Source: Kudoa neothunni (taxonomy: Eukaryota > Animalia > Cnidaria). From it: a stretch of 64,000 nucleotides of DNA. The stretch lies in assembly GCA_964304625.1 (NCBI GenBank), contig OZ199838.1, forward strand, positions 13,273,843 through 13,337,842, read 5' to 3'. This document shows positions 1 through 13,213 of the stretch, piece by piece. The notes beneath the pieces are model-generated. The model was given only the letters and a program-made list of their open reading frames with translations, did not search any database and was not told the origin of the DNA. The position numbers and the translations under genes are program-made. Each line of letters starts with the position of its first letter. The stretch's first letter is position 1.

Positions 1-1138
1 CAAACAAATTTACTAAAAAAAAATCTCACGGAAGAGAAATATTTATCTTTGGATCTATCGCAGCTGCAACTGCCAAAACAGTGATAGCTCCGCTGGAGAG
101 AACAAAAATAATGATTCAAAGTAGAACAGTGATAGATATCCATTTGGTTAACCTTCGAGTTTTTAGCTTCATCCAAAGATTTCACTTTTCAAGTTAATAC
201 GTTTTAGAACAAACAAATATTGACATGAAATTAATAGAGGATATTTTGTATTTTAAAATCAACAGTGAATGACTTGGGCTATAAAGGACTATGGAAAGGT
301 CATTCAGCGAATTTGGTTAGAGTTATCCCTTATGGTGGGATTCAATTTTTAACATTTGATACCATGAAAAATTTGTGTATTTCTACAAAAGGACGACCAA
401 TTGACCCAACAAAGTAACTCATTTTAATCATTTATAAAAACTTTTTAGTTTTTCGCTTTTACTGTGGCTTGAATGTTTGATTTGTTGATAGTTTCGGCAA
501 ATTGGAGCCTTCAGAAAGATTGTTGTGCGGGTGTGTCACTGGAATTGTTAGCACCGGACTCACCTATCCCCTTGATCTAATTAGAACTCGAATGGCGATC
601 ACTGATTATTGCGGGTAATATGATATAATTGAGCCATTGTAGCTTTATACTATTTAGCTTCAAGAGTGTAAACAAAACAGTAAAAATAACCTTAAAAAAA
701 GAAGGTGTATTTGGATTGTATAGAGGTTTGACTGTGAGTCTAATTGGAATATTGCCATATGCTGGTGTGTCATTTTTTACCTTTGAAACACTTAAAACCA
801 AAATTTTAAGTGGCAAACAAATACATCATGATTCGAACCAAAATAATCTTACCACATCTGAAAGACTGTTATGTGGGGGTTTGGCGGGACTTATCGCCCA
901 ATCAACTAGTTATCCATTTGATATCATCCGCAGATTATTGCAATTCGACTGTTGTGTACTGAAAAATGAATACAAATTTATAAGAACGATTCACGCTGTT
1001 AGATATGTTTATTATTCACAAGGTTTTGTGAACGGTTTCTATAAAGGACTGAGCATAAATTGGATAAAGGGACCAATAGCTTCAGCCACCAGCTTTACGG
1101 TGTTCGAAACTCTCAAACAACAATTTTGTGTTTTATAA
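1..1138 (+). CDS. SLC25A42: Mitochondrial carrier protein, SLC25A42/Leu5-like CoA transporter; multi-exon, 5' end outside the window
   Basis: The spliced frame gives three carrier signatures (APLERTKIMIQ, YPLDLIRTRMA, YPFDIIRRLLQ) plus GLWKGHSANLVRVIPYGGIQF and GLYRGL..GILPYAGVSF. GT-AG introns at about 121-166, 193-237, 414-491 and 615-657. Stop at 1138. Confidence 0.85.
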
Positions 1139-2049
1139 TTTTTTATATGCTTCGAAAAAATTTTTTGTTATTTATAGCTATATGGGAAAATTTTTGCGAT
1201 TTAGGCACATTTTAAAACATTTTTAACATTATACGTGGATGTCACTATTTTGGATAATGTTAGAAATTGTTAGAAACTAGAACGATCCATTTAATATTAT
1301 CGATGGAAATGTTATTATTAGAAACTATACTCAATGCTGAGCGTTATTATTAGAGTAATCTCAATCAGACCAATTTCAATAAAGTCATACGCTTTTATCC
1401 AAATACCTTGGTCATAGGTAATTTTGGTAGATTTTCGGACGAATGTAAATAAATTTGTTAATATTTTGAATACGGAGATTATTTTAAAATTACAATAATA
1501 AGAATGAAAAAAGTTTAATTCCCCAAATTGCATATTGATATATTTTTCAATTTCATATGTTTATTATATAAGATACATTGATATCTAACATTCTGTGGCG
1601 AGCACGCAAAACTTTGTTTAAGCGCAAGCATGGAGTCCAATAGAACCTGCTGAGAAAATTGATCTAATACATACATAAACATATATACATTATTTTAACA
1701 CAAATTTCAAGTTTTATATTATATTTTGCGAGTGGTTATATAGCATTGAATTTTACTCGTTGAAATTGTTGCTTCCACTGATATATCATCTTTTGAAATG
1801 TATATAAAAAATTATATAAAAACTATTGATTACTTTTCCTATAAAATTGTGGATGTGGCAGTTACATCGCTAAAGGCTCATCTATTTTGAGTAGAGTTCA
1901 TTGAATGATCAGAATCATCGTTATAATATAATCATGTTTGATAGCCTGAATCTACTATTGCTGAATTTTCAACTAGAACAAAAAATTACAATCATTATAT
2001 GCCAAAATTTCCGCATATTAGTTTACTTTTCCTTATTTACTTGAAAAAA

Positions 2050-2606
2050 TAATGTAATTCAACAAATTCGTTCCAACCGTAAAAATCAAATTCAATGCAA
2101 CCCAATACTCTTGTGAAATTTGATTGGAACTTCTTCGAATGTTTATTTAGTACGAACAATAATCGTTGTAGTATTTCTTCAGGGATGAAAAGATCCTAAA
2201 TATGGGAGTCACTGAAAATATTATCTGGGATTCTTATCGGATTTTGTTCCTTGACCATGCCTTGCTTTCTTTTTTTTAAATCCCACAGGGTGTTTATATC
2301 ATTCATAATTTGTGCCATATCACTTTGTGGTTATTTTTGAATTTACATTACTCGAAGCTTCATCTGTATCTTATTCTTTATCACTTTGTGAAAATTCGTA
2401 ACTAAGATTCTCACATTTATCGTCAATCAAAACGTCAGAGTCAAAATCGAAGTTTAATCAATCATCATTATGAATTTTAAAGAAATATTTGGGCCTATAG
2501 AATTGTTATATATTAGACAAAAATACAACAAAACTATGATCTTGGAGCGCAATATGTGTTCGAGCAAGAGTTATTTCGTATGGAAAATCATGTGCCCGAA
2601 GAGTTA
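2050..2606 (-). pseudogene. Highly decayed piggyBac-like transposase N-terminal relic
   Basis: The minus strand has an acidic tract (DSDVLIDDKCENLSYEFSQSD) followed by DLFIPEEILQRL, resembling the PGBD 'LF..EIL..IV..TN' region. A degenerate end ...cccgaagag|ttaa lies near 2600. Confidence 0.25.
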
Positions 2607-2874
2607 ATATTTAATTTTTCTGCAAAATTATTAATTTCTGACATAAAAATTAACTTTTTATTGTTTTCAGAAATATCGGTTATTTGCTTCTAACTTAACT
2701 TCTATAATACCGTTTGAAAAAATTGAGAGGTATGAATTTTTGCATTTAAGAGTTCAAATACGCTTTTTGCTCCACGTAAAAGATTATACAATAGAGCCAA
2801 CAAATAAAATCTTCTAGCTATAATGAATTTCTACGATATTAATATCTTCCGAATTTAAATTTATATTATTAGAC

Positions 2875-4072
2875 GGCAGTGGCTATTACCAAGGGAATCA
2901 ATTTCTCTGTAATTATTATCTATGTTAAATAATTAATTTCACATTATTGATATTTATATTTTTCTCTATTAAATTAAAAAAAATTGAGATGGTTATAAAT
3001 TTATGAATAATAGACGGCTAATAACATAAATGTTAGCGAATTTAATAGACCAACACAATATTAACGCTGAATTAATTATAAATATTAATCATTTCTAATT
3101 TATTGCTTTGAGTCGTACAATGTAAACAGAACTCCGCGTGTTTTACGAGCTTGGTTGAACTACAATGATTGGTCCGAATTCAGACAATTTTTATGTTGGA
3201 ATGAAATTTGACACCTTTGAAAGTTTAAAATTTTATATTCAAGTGTATGAGAAAAGTCATTCTGTGAATCTAAAGATTCGAGATTCAAGAAGAATTGATG
3301 CAGTACAAAACGAGGTTAATCGAATTATTATAAAAACGATAGTGCATGACGAAATAACTTACGTATGCTACTTTGGAGCCCATTTCCGAAACAGAGGTAA
3401 AGGCAAACGCAAAAAATTCCTTTAAGGGAGAAATCTGTTGGGAGACCAAAGGAATACGTTTTAACCATTATTGGATACAAAAAGAGAACCAAATTTTCTT
3501 AAATCTCGCATTATTTATTTTACTGGGATAGAAATTGTTTTTCTTGTTATATTCATCTAATTTCTTAAAAAATGACTTAATTATGATTAGTTTTCTCAAA
3601 ATTCGTGTCTATATTGAAATTTAAAGCGAAAAATTCACATTGTTTCTGTGAAATTCGGTGAGCATATTTTATATTGAAGTTCATAACTTAAGAATAGAAT
3701 GCATTAAATCATATAATTTAATTACTGTAAAAATTGGGAATAAATTAGATTACACGAGTTTGAATACATCATGTGGAGGAGCGCGCTTCTAGAGTAATGC
3801 TAGACTTATGCAAAAACACACAAAATTCTACGACCTTGACCTTATTATTGACAGAAAACGGTGTAATATAATTTTGATCGTGATATAAACTAAGATTAAG
3901 AAATTATTCATCTAAATATGGAAAGCAATCAATATCTAAAAAAAGATATTCTCAATTTTTACCTAATTCTAAAATTTAATAGAGAAAAATATAAATATTA
4001 ATAATGTGAAATTAATTATTTGATATAGATAATAATTACAGAGAAATTGATTCCGTGGTAATAGCCAGTGCC
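2875..4072 (+). mobile_element. Non-autonomous Mutator-like element (MULE) with ~100 bp TIRs and a FAR1/ZSWIM3-N-like coding remnant
   Basis: TIR ggcagtggctattaccaagggaatcaatttctctgtaattattatctat... at 2875 is mirrored, ending at 4072. Flanking 9-mers ttattagac/ttattaaaa match 7/9 (TSD). Internal ORF 3165-3425 (VGMKFDTFESLKFYIQVYEK...YVC) resembles the MULE FAR1-type DNA-binding domain. Confidence 0.8.
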
Positions 4073-4624
4073 TTATTAAAATAATTAATTTACATTAATG
4101 AACTTGGTTTAATCCTTTTCATTTAAAAATAGTTGAACAGGATTCGGCATAAAACGATTATTGTGCATTTAATCAATGTCTTATTTTTATTTACCGCCAC
4201 AGGAAAAGAAATATTATTCAATTTATTAAATCAATTAATACGTAAACCGTTTTAATTTGAGTGGAAATTACAGGGGAGAGTTATTAAATCATTCGCATAT
4301 ACGTTTCTATGGTTTGTTGTTGAATTGTTGATTTCCGAAGGAGTTATTTGTAAACCAAGTTGTAAAAAAATTTTTTTAATTTTTTCGTAAATATATGCTA
4401 TACTCAGTATAGAAACTCTATCCCCATCTTATGCAAAGACTTTTCTGTCTCTTTGTTCACAAAGTAAAACCCATTGCGAAACTTGTTAGGTAGTGGAGTT
4501 GCGGCCGGTTAGACCATCTCCATCAACTCTATAGGCACCGCAGGACGAGTAAAATATACCCCCTATCCTGTTATCTTTCTGCGATAGTATGGGAGTTTAA
4601 CCCATTAAACATCCTCGTTTACAG

Positions 4625-4930
4625 GTGTTTAGTACTATCACCCAGAAACCTATCCATAAATTTATGAGAACTTTGGCTCTACAAAGTTTAAGCCTGTTAG
4701 TGCATCTACAACAATTCAAACGTCTAATTCAACCTCCTCTACCAGATCGAACTATAACTACAGATGAGATTACACTTATGGTGCAATCGCACGCTAACAA
4801 TAACTCCCATCACCGGATAGAGACACACTCGTACGGAAACAGTAGACTGATAAGCGGTAGGAATCGAAAGCAGTACCTCCAGGTATTGAGTCCAGTCACC
4901 ACACCGCTTGGTTATCTGTCTTCCGCTCAT
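4625..4930 (+). pseudogene. Possible non-LTR retrotransposon ORF2 relic (region just upstream of RT)
   Basis: GC-richer patch. LPDRTITTDEITLMVQSHANNNS followed by a frameshifted SPD resembles the LINE 'PIT.EEV...I.SL.NNKSPGPD' motif. Confidence 0.3.
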
Positions 4931-6252
4931 GCAAAATTATTGATGTCTAAATTTCTGAATTGGCGCCTCTTTATTATACTCATTACTAATCTCAATTTAA
5001 ATTCACAACTTTTTTTTCTATCTGTAATAAACATAGATGTTTTATGTGGGTTTTATAGAAAATAATGATTTTAGACTATTTTTAAATAACCGCTGATAAT
5101 TAGACTCTTCAGTAATGACCACAAATCAACAACAGTTGTGCAAAATTTATTTTTTTTTTAAATGAGAAAATAATTATTAAATAATAAAGCCGAATCTGGC
5201 TATGATGTCGTCCAAGTTTTGTTAATGAATACGAGACATGAATGTTGTTTTGATTTGATTATATCACTAAGAAATCACATTATGAAATTAATTTGTTTTT
5301 AGTATGTAGTGAGTGTAAAGCCTGCTAGCTTACTTGATTGATTACTGGTCAAGGAAGAATAAATGATGTGATAATCCACGAGGTTTTAGTAGTATAGATA
5401 ATGATTATGTATTTCGAGGAGAGCACATTTGAAAATTGATCTTTCAAATCCTCATACCTAAACAAAGAAAAGTATAATTAAAGGGTTACGATTAAAAATG
5501 ATGATTTTAGGAAAGGTTTCCACTGAATTGTAGATAATATAGTCAAAGTGCACTCTATAATCAAATACATTATTTCGTGTGAACTCTAAGAATCTAACAT
5601 AAACATTAAATAATTTTTAATCTATGTGTTTTTATTTAAATGAGACAATAACTGAAGATTAAAATTTGTGCAATATGAATTCTGAACACAGAAAAAACAC
5701 TCTAATCGGCTAATAATTATTGTTGTATAGATTTTATTTATATAGAAAGTGTTATGAAAATATTTAACCCAAAGTTACTTATTTCGAAGAGTGAGATTCC
5801 ACAGTATGTAAAATTAGCATCGGTGAATTCGTTTCGGGTTATTTAGTATTGTAGCTCATAGCTCGTAAACAAAAATGGAAGCTTCAAACACAACAAAAAC
5901 ATATGTTATAGAATATATGAGTACACTCTAATCATCTTATAATTATCAAATTATCACCGGAATTAGGAATACCGTGTATAGAAGTGGCTGTTTCACAATC
6001 AAAAATTCTCCTAGCTACACTGATAGAATGAAACGAAATAGTATATTGTTATAATATTCTTTGATGTAAATGCATGATAATGGTATTAATTTTATCTGTT
6101 AGTTTATATAATATCGCAATTTCGTTACCATTACGATTAATAGAGCAACTAAAACGACGCAAATAAAGTCGTAAATTTAATTACTATTTAAATAAAAATA
6201 ATCGTAACAACTTACACAATTATTGATGTTGTAATAGTCTAGTAAATTTTAG

Positions 6253-6771
6253 ACAGGAAGAGTTCTTTTCATGAGGCCAACAAAAAAGAGGTCAACTCAA
6301 TCGAAAGACAAAAGAGTATTGCCAAAATACGTAAATTAAAAGAAAATTGGGTAAGAACTCCTATTGCTTTTGACACCTATGACAGTGTTTTTTTCTACGT
6401 GGACAATATGAACAATAATGACACCATTGAAAAACCAAATTCCCCGGAATCGTCGCCTGACACATATGAAAGTGTGGAATCTGTAATGAAGACTCTGTCC
6501 AACACAGAGTTAAAGTATCCATTGACTGTAAAACGGGTGGAAACTATCAAGGATAGATATCCAATTGTTCGTCCTTGCCCACAACCCATATCAATTATTC
6601 AAGAAACCTTGCCTTCCGCTAATAAAAATGAAGACACGCAAATAAATCGTTATAGTGGATGTTACACAGATGATATGCATAGTATTTTCAGCGAGCTGGT
6701 TGAAGGTAGCTCAACTGAGTCTTTAAATGAAGAGCACCAACTTCAAAGTTTAAATTATTCCGATAACGAAG
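6253..6771 (+). CDS. Probable internal exon of an unidentified orphan gene (Ser/Glu/Pro-rich)
   Basis: Acceptor ttttag at 6252, an open frame of ~173 codons (RKSSFHEANKKEV...SDNE), and donor AG|gtaata at 6772. The flanking exons could not be resolved. Confidence 0.4.
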
Positions 6772-7553
6772 GTAATATTTTTTAAATATGGGTGTTAGGG
6801 GTAATTTTGCAATTTTTTATGGCCCATCCTAGTGATTATTCCCTATAATTAATTATATACTTCCGGACATGGATATAATGAGACTATATTAATGATTCAT
6901 ATTTTGACACTTAAATAAAAGTGGTAATTCTTACTCAGTATAAGAAAATACTTATAGTGGAAAATATAAAATTGATTTGAAAAATTTTTGTAGTAGACTA
7001 TATGATATTTTCGTATAATGACTTTTCCTTGTATTAGGAGGTTTTTATCAAAAAATGATTGGATATTACAAGGTTTCATTGTGACTAGAAAGAAATTAAA
7101 TGAAACCTAATAGTTAGTTATTTATAGATTTAAAGGAATCTAGAATGAGCATGATAAAAACTCATTAATATAATAATTCTGTCACAATTGCTGTATCAAT
7201 GCGTTAGTGGGAATTCATTTTATCATTATCGTTGGATGTGATTCATCTGTATGCAAAAGGAAATTTTTAATCAAAAGGTGTTAATAATTCAGAAATTTTA
7301 ATCGTGAAATAAATGAAATGAAATCGTTGGCATGGTATACGAATGAGTTGTTAAGACGTGAAAGCATCGAGCGCTAGTTCCAGGTTACACTCTAATGCAG
7401 TGCTTACGTACATATACTACTCCCATGCAAATTCGACGTTTGTTCTCAAACCTCGTTTAAAAATCTACACTAATTTCTTATTTAATGTGGATTTCGGGAG
7501 AAAAAAAATAACTCGACTGAAAAATATGCTGTCATTTTTTTTGATATCCTTTA

Positions 7554-8735
7554 TCTATTTCTACTATATATATATATATATATATACATAAAGCTGAGTT
7601 GTCCGTGTGTGCCCTTAAGTAAGTATGTGCGATAAAGTTATTTTCTTAATGAGAGTCATATATAAAATTTTAAAAAGTTCGTGTCATTTAAAAAATCGTT
7701 TAACTGTTTTCACGCGACCAAAATTTCCAAATAGTATTTATAAAATAGTGATTTTGTCGATTTACAGTTTGTTTGTCGGGCTACATAACTTCAACTATAG
7801 GAATAAAGCCTGCTTATGTCATGGTGATGGTCGGTCGAAGTTAGCTTTCCCTTTTTTATGCCCAATCAAATGTTAATTGAACGATGTCATCTCTCTTTAC
7901 GTATAAGATTGACATGTTTATTTTATTGTTTGTGGGAATAAATTCCTTATGTTGGGAGTTTTAATGTAATTGACTTTAAGCATATTTTGGAGGTTCTAGT
8001 AATGGGTTTAGATATGACAAAAAGTCAATACTTTCATTATTCGTAGCGAGTTGGCAGTGCATGTTATAATCAGATAGATTGAAGCACTATAATACAAGTA
8101 TTGTGTCCGTAGATTCCATTGAAATCGTACGTTATGTTGAAAATTCGGCGATTCAATTCAATGCAGATGGTTGTACGTTTACCTCATCCGACTAATTAAA
8201 TTATTTCTGTTGATATAGGCCCTACTTGTGGTTGTTTGTTGGAAAAAGCACATTAATGTTTATGCGGGGCCAATGAATACTAATTTGCGCAATGAACATT
8301 TGTTTTATTGTGTTTCTTCATCTCTATTATTTTTTCTATTTTTTATCCCTTAAAAAATTTGTGGTGCGCACATTTTCCGATCCGGTTCATAATTCGGCTT
8401 TAAACATCCCCTGGGCCAAAAAACAACATATTAGATTGCACTCTAAGAGAGTTTAAATAATTCTGCAACAAAAATAAATATGGTACTGACCTTAAATTAT
8501 CTAGCGTTGATGAGGAGACAAGAAATTGTTAATTAAAAATCGGGATTTACACATTCCTGCACAGAAATGATCATGATTTAAATTTCGACATCAAAATCGA
8601 CAAAGTATGATGCTTTAAAAAATTCAGTTTGAATGCTTCTATACATCAATTTGAAACATAATATTCTTTTGAATGTTATTAAGAAACGTCTCTATACGAA
8701 ATGTACCCCAAGCAACGCTGGGCAGTTCGCGCTAG
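7554..8735 (+). mobile_element. Non-autonomous Helitron, copy 1
   Basis: 5' A|TCtatttctac(ta)n..taaagctgagttgtccgtgtgt. 3' hairpin ccca(a)gc-aac-gctggg (8707-8722) followed by CTAG|T at 8732-8736. About 900 bp is homologous to 22820-23719. Confidence 0.8.
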
Positions 8736-9592
8736 TTATTTATATTTATTCATGAAATTCCGCAAATTTAATTGACATCTAAAATTTTAAATTAGGTTTA
8801 TTGAATCAGCCTATGGTATATTATTTTAATAATATAGATAATTACAGATTTTGCGGTCCCATGGGGCAACGAACGTATTATTTTCATTTGTGTTTAACGA
8901 TGCTATTTATAAGTAAGATATTTGATAATTGCAACTCAAGGATGTTTTTTTATTAACTAAATAATATATCAAATAATTGCTTAATTATAAAAAGTTTAAA
9001 AATATCATAGTAAAACTGACTATTTATTTGTGTATTTAATGTAATGAAATCAATAAAATAGAAACATAATTTATGTTCCTTACCATACATTTTTTAACTT
9101 ATAGAGTTATAAAATTTTTATTATTATATTTACTGGATTTTATTTAAACTGAATGTAATAATTTCTATATAAAACGGATGGTTCGACATCGTAAAGAACA
9201 TTATTTAAAGCACTTCAGTTTTCACAATAAAATTTAAGTCACAAAAATGTATAAATAGGTAAAAAAATTTATTGGGTAATATTTAAATCATTATTTGATT
9301 TGTTTACACATTTACATTTATAGAAAGTGGAACATTTAATAGACTTCATTTAATTTGGTGTTACGCATCTTTATGTTAAATAGATCAATCTTTTTAAATA
9401 GAAACATTATGCAAGTAATGTCTAATTTAAAAAAAATATAACTTTATCACTGACTGCCTCATGGGCCGGATGAGGAAAGCCCTGAGTAAAAATTGACCCG
9501 TGGGTAGGATTTTGCCGACTCCTGATACGGAGTTTCTAATGAGCGAGCGATAAAATGTACTCTTAATTTACTTACTAACGCTTTTATTATAG

Positions 9593-11774
9593 AAAACAAG
9601 GAAGTTACGCTAAGAAAAACAATATCAATTGAAGAAAAACGACAACCACCTCCACGTCGACTTCGACAGCAACTCGGACAGCAAGAGAAAAACGAACAAC
9701 TAAAACGCGAAGAACAACTAAAACACGAAGAACATCTAAAACACGAAGAACAACAAAAACGTGAAGAACAACTAAAACACGAAGAACAACTAAAACGTGA
9801 AGAACGGCTAAAACGCGAAGAACAACTAAAACGTGAAGAACGGACTAAAACGCGAAGAACAACTAAAAAAGCGAGGAACAACTAAAACGCGAAGAACAGC
9901 TAAAACACGAAGAACAGTTTAAAACGCGAAGAACGACTAAAACGCGAAGAACAACTAAGACGTGAAGAACGACTAAAACGCGAAGAACATCTAAAACGCG
10001 AAGAACAACTAAGACGTGAAGAACGACTAAAACGCGAAGAACATCTAAAACGCGAAGAACAACTAAAACGCGAAGAACAACTAAAACGCGAAGAACAACT
10101 AAAACGCGAAGAACAACTAAAGCGCGAAGAACAACTAAAATGCGAAGAACAACTAAAATGCGAAGAACAGCTAAAACACGAAGAACAACTAAGACGTGAA
10201 GAACGACTAAAACGCGAAGAACAACTAAAACGCGAAGAACAGCTAAAACACGAAGAACGACCAAAACAATCAAATGTGTCTTCACTCATAAACGCTAGCG
10301 AAACGATTTCACTAGAGAGAATAAAAAGCCAATTTACTCGTTCAAATGCCTTTGATACGGACTTATCATCCAGCATTAATTCAACAGACATGGAGTTGGA
10401 TTACGTCTTACATGGAAAGGAGGATAACTTTTGGTACGGGAAAAACTATCGAGTTTATCTACAAAATTTTGACTCAGCTTCGCTTTATTCAAAAAGAATA
10501 TTGGAACTTTGCTCGGAACGAAACCAATTTCTCGCAAGGTGAATACTTTTAATAATTTTCATGTATTAAGGAGTAAACACCAGGAATATAAACCAGTTTA
10601 ATTGTTTAAACTGTTGTCAGAGAATTATTCCTTATTTAGATCAGATATAAACTCCAGTTTACCAAATGTTAATAACAATTTTAGATATATTACGAGTGTG
10701 AGAGAGTGGAGTAACAAATGGAGAAGATTCAACGATTCAGTAAGGGGTGACACTCTAGCTCTTGATGGGGTGAAAGAAATAGTAGTTGACACAGTCCAAC
10801 TTCTGATGGATAACGAGTGTTTACGGGCAGAACAATGCGAACATGAATTAGAAAACACCCAACGAATTTTTTGTATCCCCATAATCAATCTAAAGACCGC
10901 CACATTGATAAAAGATAATCAGAAAGTTAAATTGGAACAATTTATTCAATATTACGAAAAACTTTTTTGGCACGAAATAAAAGAATGGACTACAAAAATT
11001 TATATTCTGAGACAAATTATATTAAAGTATCAAGCGGCAAAAGAGAAATATGATGAATTAATAAATAGGTCTTTTAAAGAGAAAGGTAAATACTGGATTT
11101 TTATTTCTTATCTCCAAGTGATGTTATAGGAAGAGATAGAATGCAGAGAGAACTTGAGCAAAAAGATAAATGTGAAAATTTAATGAAAGAATGGAAAAAA
11201 TTATATCCTTTGTTGAAAATAACCAAAAATAATTTTTTGAGTCGAATTAGAGCTCTCGGTGGCCACCTAGAAAAGAATGATTTAGAACGTCTCAAAATCT
11301 ACAAGGCTTTGGCTATATACGTGAATTCCATATGGGAGAAACCAAAAAGGTAGCATGTTTGATAGGCGTTAATAAATAAGCTAAAAAATGTAGTGAAAAT
11401 GAACTCCAATATAAATCCAAAGTTCTTCTTGATAAATTCAAACCTGAACTTGAAATTAAACAATGGTCTGAAAAATATGGTGCGACTACAGAGTATCCTG
11501 ATGATGATTTTGAGGTGAGTTAAATTTTCATTTTTCTCAAAATCGTTTTTAATTCTGTTTTAGAAAATGTGTAACCCTAAAAATATGGTAGAAGGCATTC
11601 CCATTATTCGAAAAAGTATGAATTGGTATTTATTCAATGTGTATATTTTTACTTTTATTAGGTTATGAATACCGAGTCTCCAGCCCCCAAAATAAATTAC
11701 ACAGATTCGTTTCACGTCAAAATTCTAAACGCAATAAATATGATTTCAAAATGAAACAAAAACCTTCCAAATAA
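9593..11774 (+). CDS. Divergent PACSIN/syndapin-type F-BAR protein with an N-terminal EEQLKR repeat and no SH3; start codon unresolved
   Basis: Introns at 10539-10684, 11086-11129, 11350-11393, ~11514-11563 and ~11616-11661. Spliced DNFWYGKNYRVYLQNFDSASLYSKRILELCSERNQFLAR-YITSVREWSNKWRRF parallels [58 protein letters not shown]. The distal LEIKQWSEKYG..EYPDDDFE parallels DLRWFRST.GP...WPQFEE. Stop TAA at 11772-11774. Confidence 0.7.
9691..10269 (+). repeat. Coding 18-bp minisatellite GAAGAACAACTAAAACGC (EEQLKR), ~32 units
   Basis: 31 GAAGAA-type units from 9709 to 10269 plus one AACGAA variant. Peptide variants include EERLKR, EEHLKR, EEQLKH, EEQLRR and EEQLKC. Three units are 19 bp long. 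Confidence 0.97.
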
Positions 11775-13213
11775 AATGAGAATATTATATTATTTTTGTT
11801 GCTCTGTATTATTTTACAATGACAACGTTATTTGTAACTGTTTTCAAAGTATTTTGATTAAATGTGTTAAGGCTAACCGTACAAAATTATTGAATCGCAT
11901 ACACCAATGTTTCTCAAATGGGAACATGAAATATTTCGATGACTTTGTGGATGCACAGATAGCGTACACATAGTAAGGAGAACAAATATCTATTTAGACT
12001 TAATAAGTATATTGCTGAGTGCCATAAAATTTAATTTGAATTCATTATTTGGACAAATATATTTAATTTCTCATTTTATGTATCATAATATTTTTTGTGA
12101 AATATCTATTGATATATAAACTTTTCTAGACAAAAAATAATTTCTGGTAGAATTTCATTTGATCATCTATGGATCTTGCTTTAACTCACAATATATATGA
12201 GAATAATACTATTCCAATTCAGAAAATTGTACATGGAAGCATTACGCGTTATCACCATCTCGAGAATTACTCTCGGGCATTATCAAACCATAATCATTCT
12301 TGTTTATTTCATTTTTTTCCGTGAAAAATTAAGATGAGATTTTTTATGATAAAACCCTATAGAACGGAAATTAACTAATATTTACCGCTGAATTTATTAT
12401 ATTTTTAAAATTAATGACATAATACGAATGTGATTATTTTTTCTTGTTATTTTATCAGTTTCTATGTAATGAGTCGATGAATGCGGTTACCTTAAAAAAC
12501 ACATATGAACGAAGCATCCAGAATAATACTTGGAAAAAGTTGAACTGTTTCATACCCCTTACGTAGAAGACTCAAAGATAAATGGAAGCCCGAATTTTCC
12601 CCGATTCCCAGTTGAATTCTAATGGGCATACTTTCGAATCAAGCCAAAAATCTAGTGGATCACTAAATTGGAGATAATGCAATAAAACGAGATATTTAAC
12701 TCTCATTTAGACTGCGAGAACGCGATATACAATATTATTAATATATCGCTTAGTAATAATAATGCTCCTAAAAAAATTACTGAAAAATTCAATGACATAG
12801 TCGTGCAATTTATTGAGTTATTACAATAACAACAATTTGTACTAAATTAGAATGGGCCCATAATTAGAGATAATGGGGAGTTATTACTATTTGATGCAAG
12901 ATAAATTAAAAGTTGGAAGTTTTTGAATTCTTATGTTAAAGATACCACTGAAAAATGACCAAAGGAAAAGATAGTTACAATAAGATGCTAGAAAATTTAA
13001 TTTCAAATTGAGAAATGACTAAATAATTATTTGTAAACCAATTGATTCCAATTTGTTTAAAATCTGGATAAATAGCGGGTTTTGAATTTTCTAAGAGATA
13101 ATTAAATACATTGCGTAGTAACAGAAAAATTCAGGACAACAGGAACATTTCCAGGTTTCAACATTAAATCAAATTAATTAAATTACCCCTGCAATGATGC
13201 GAAAAACACACAC

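Noticed and set aside
4739-4930. Gypsy integrase-like reading on the minus strand (DWTQYL..TAYQST)
   Set aside because: Too short; the plus-strand LINE-like reading is at least as good and neither is strong.
9691-10269. CRISPR-like array
   Set aside because: Tandem units with no unique spacers, in a eukaryotic coding context.
9459-10391. Minus-strand ORFs with (VVLRVL)n and (SCSSRF)n repeats
   Set aside because: Antisense shadows of the EEQLKR repeat; the plus frame continues into the F-BAR exons.
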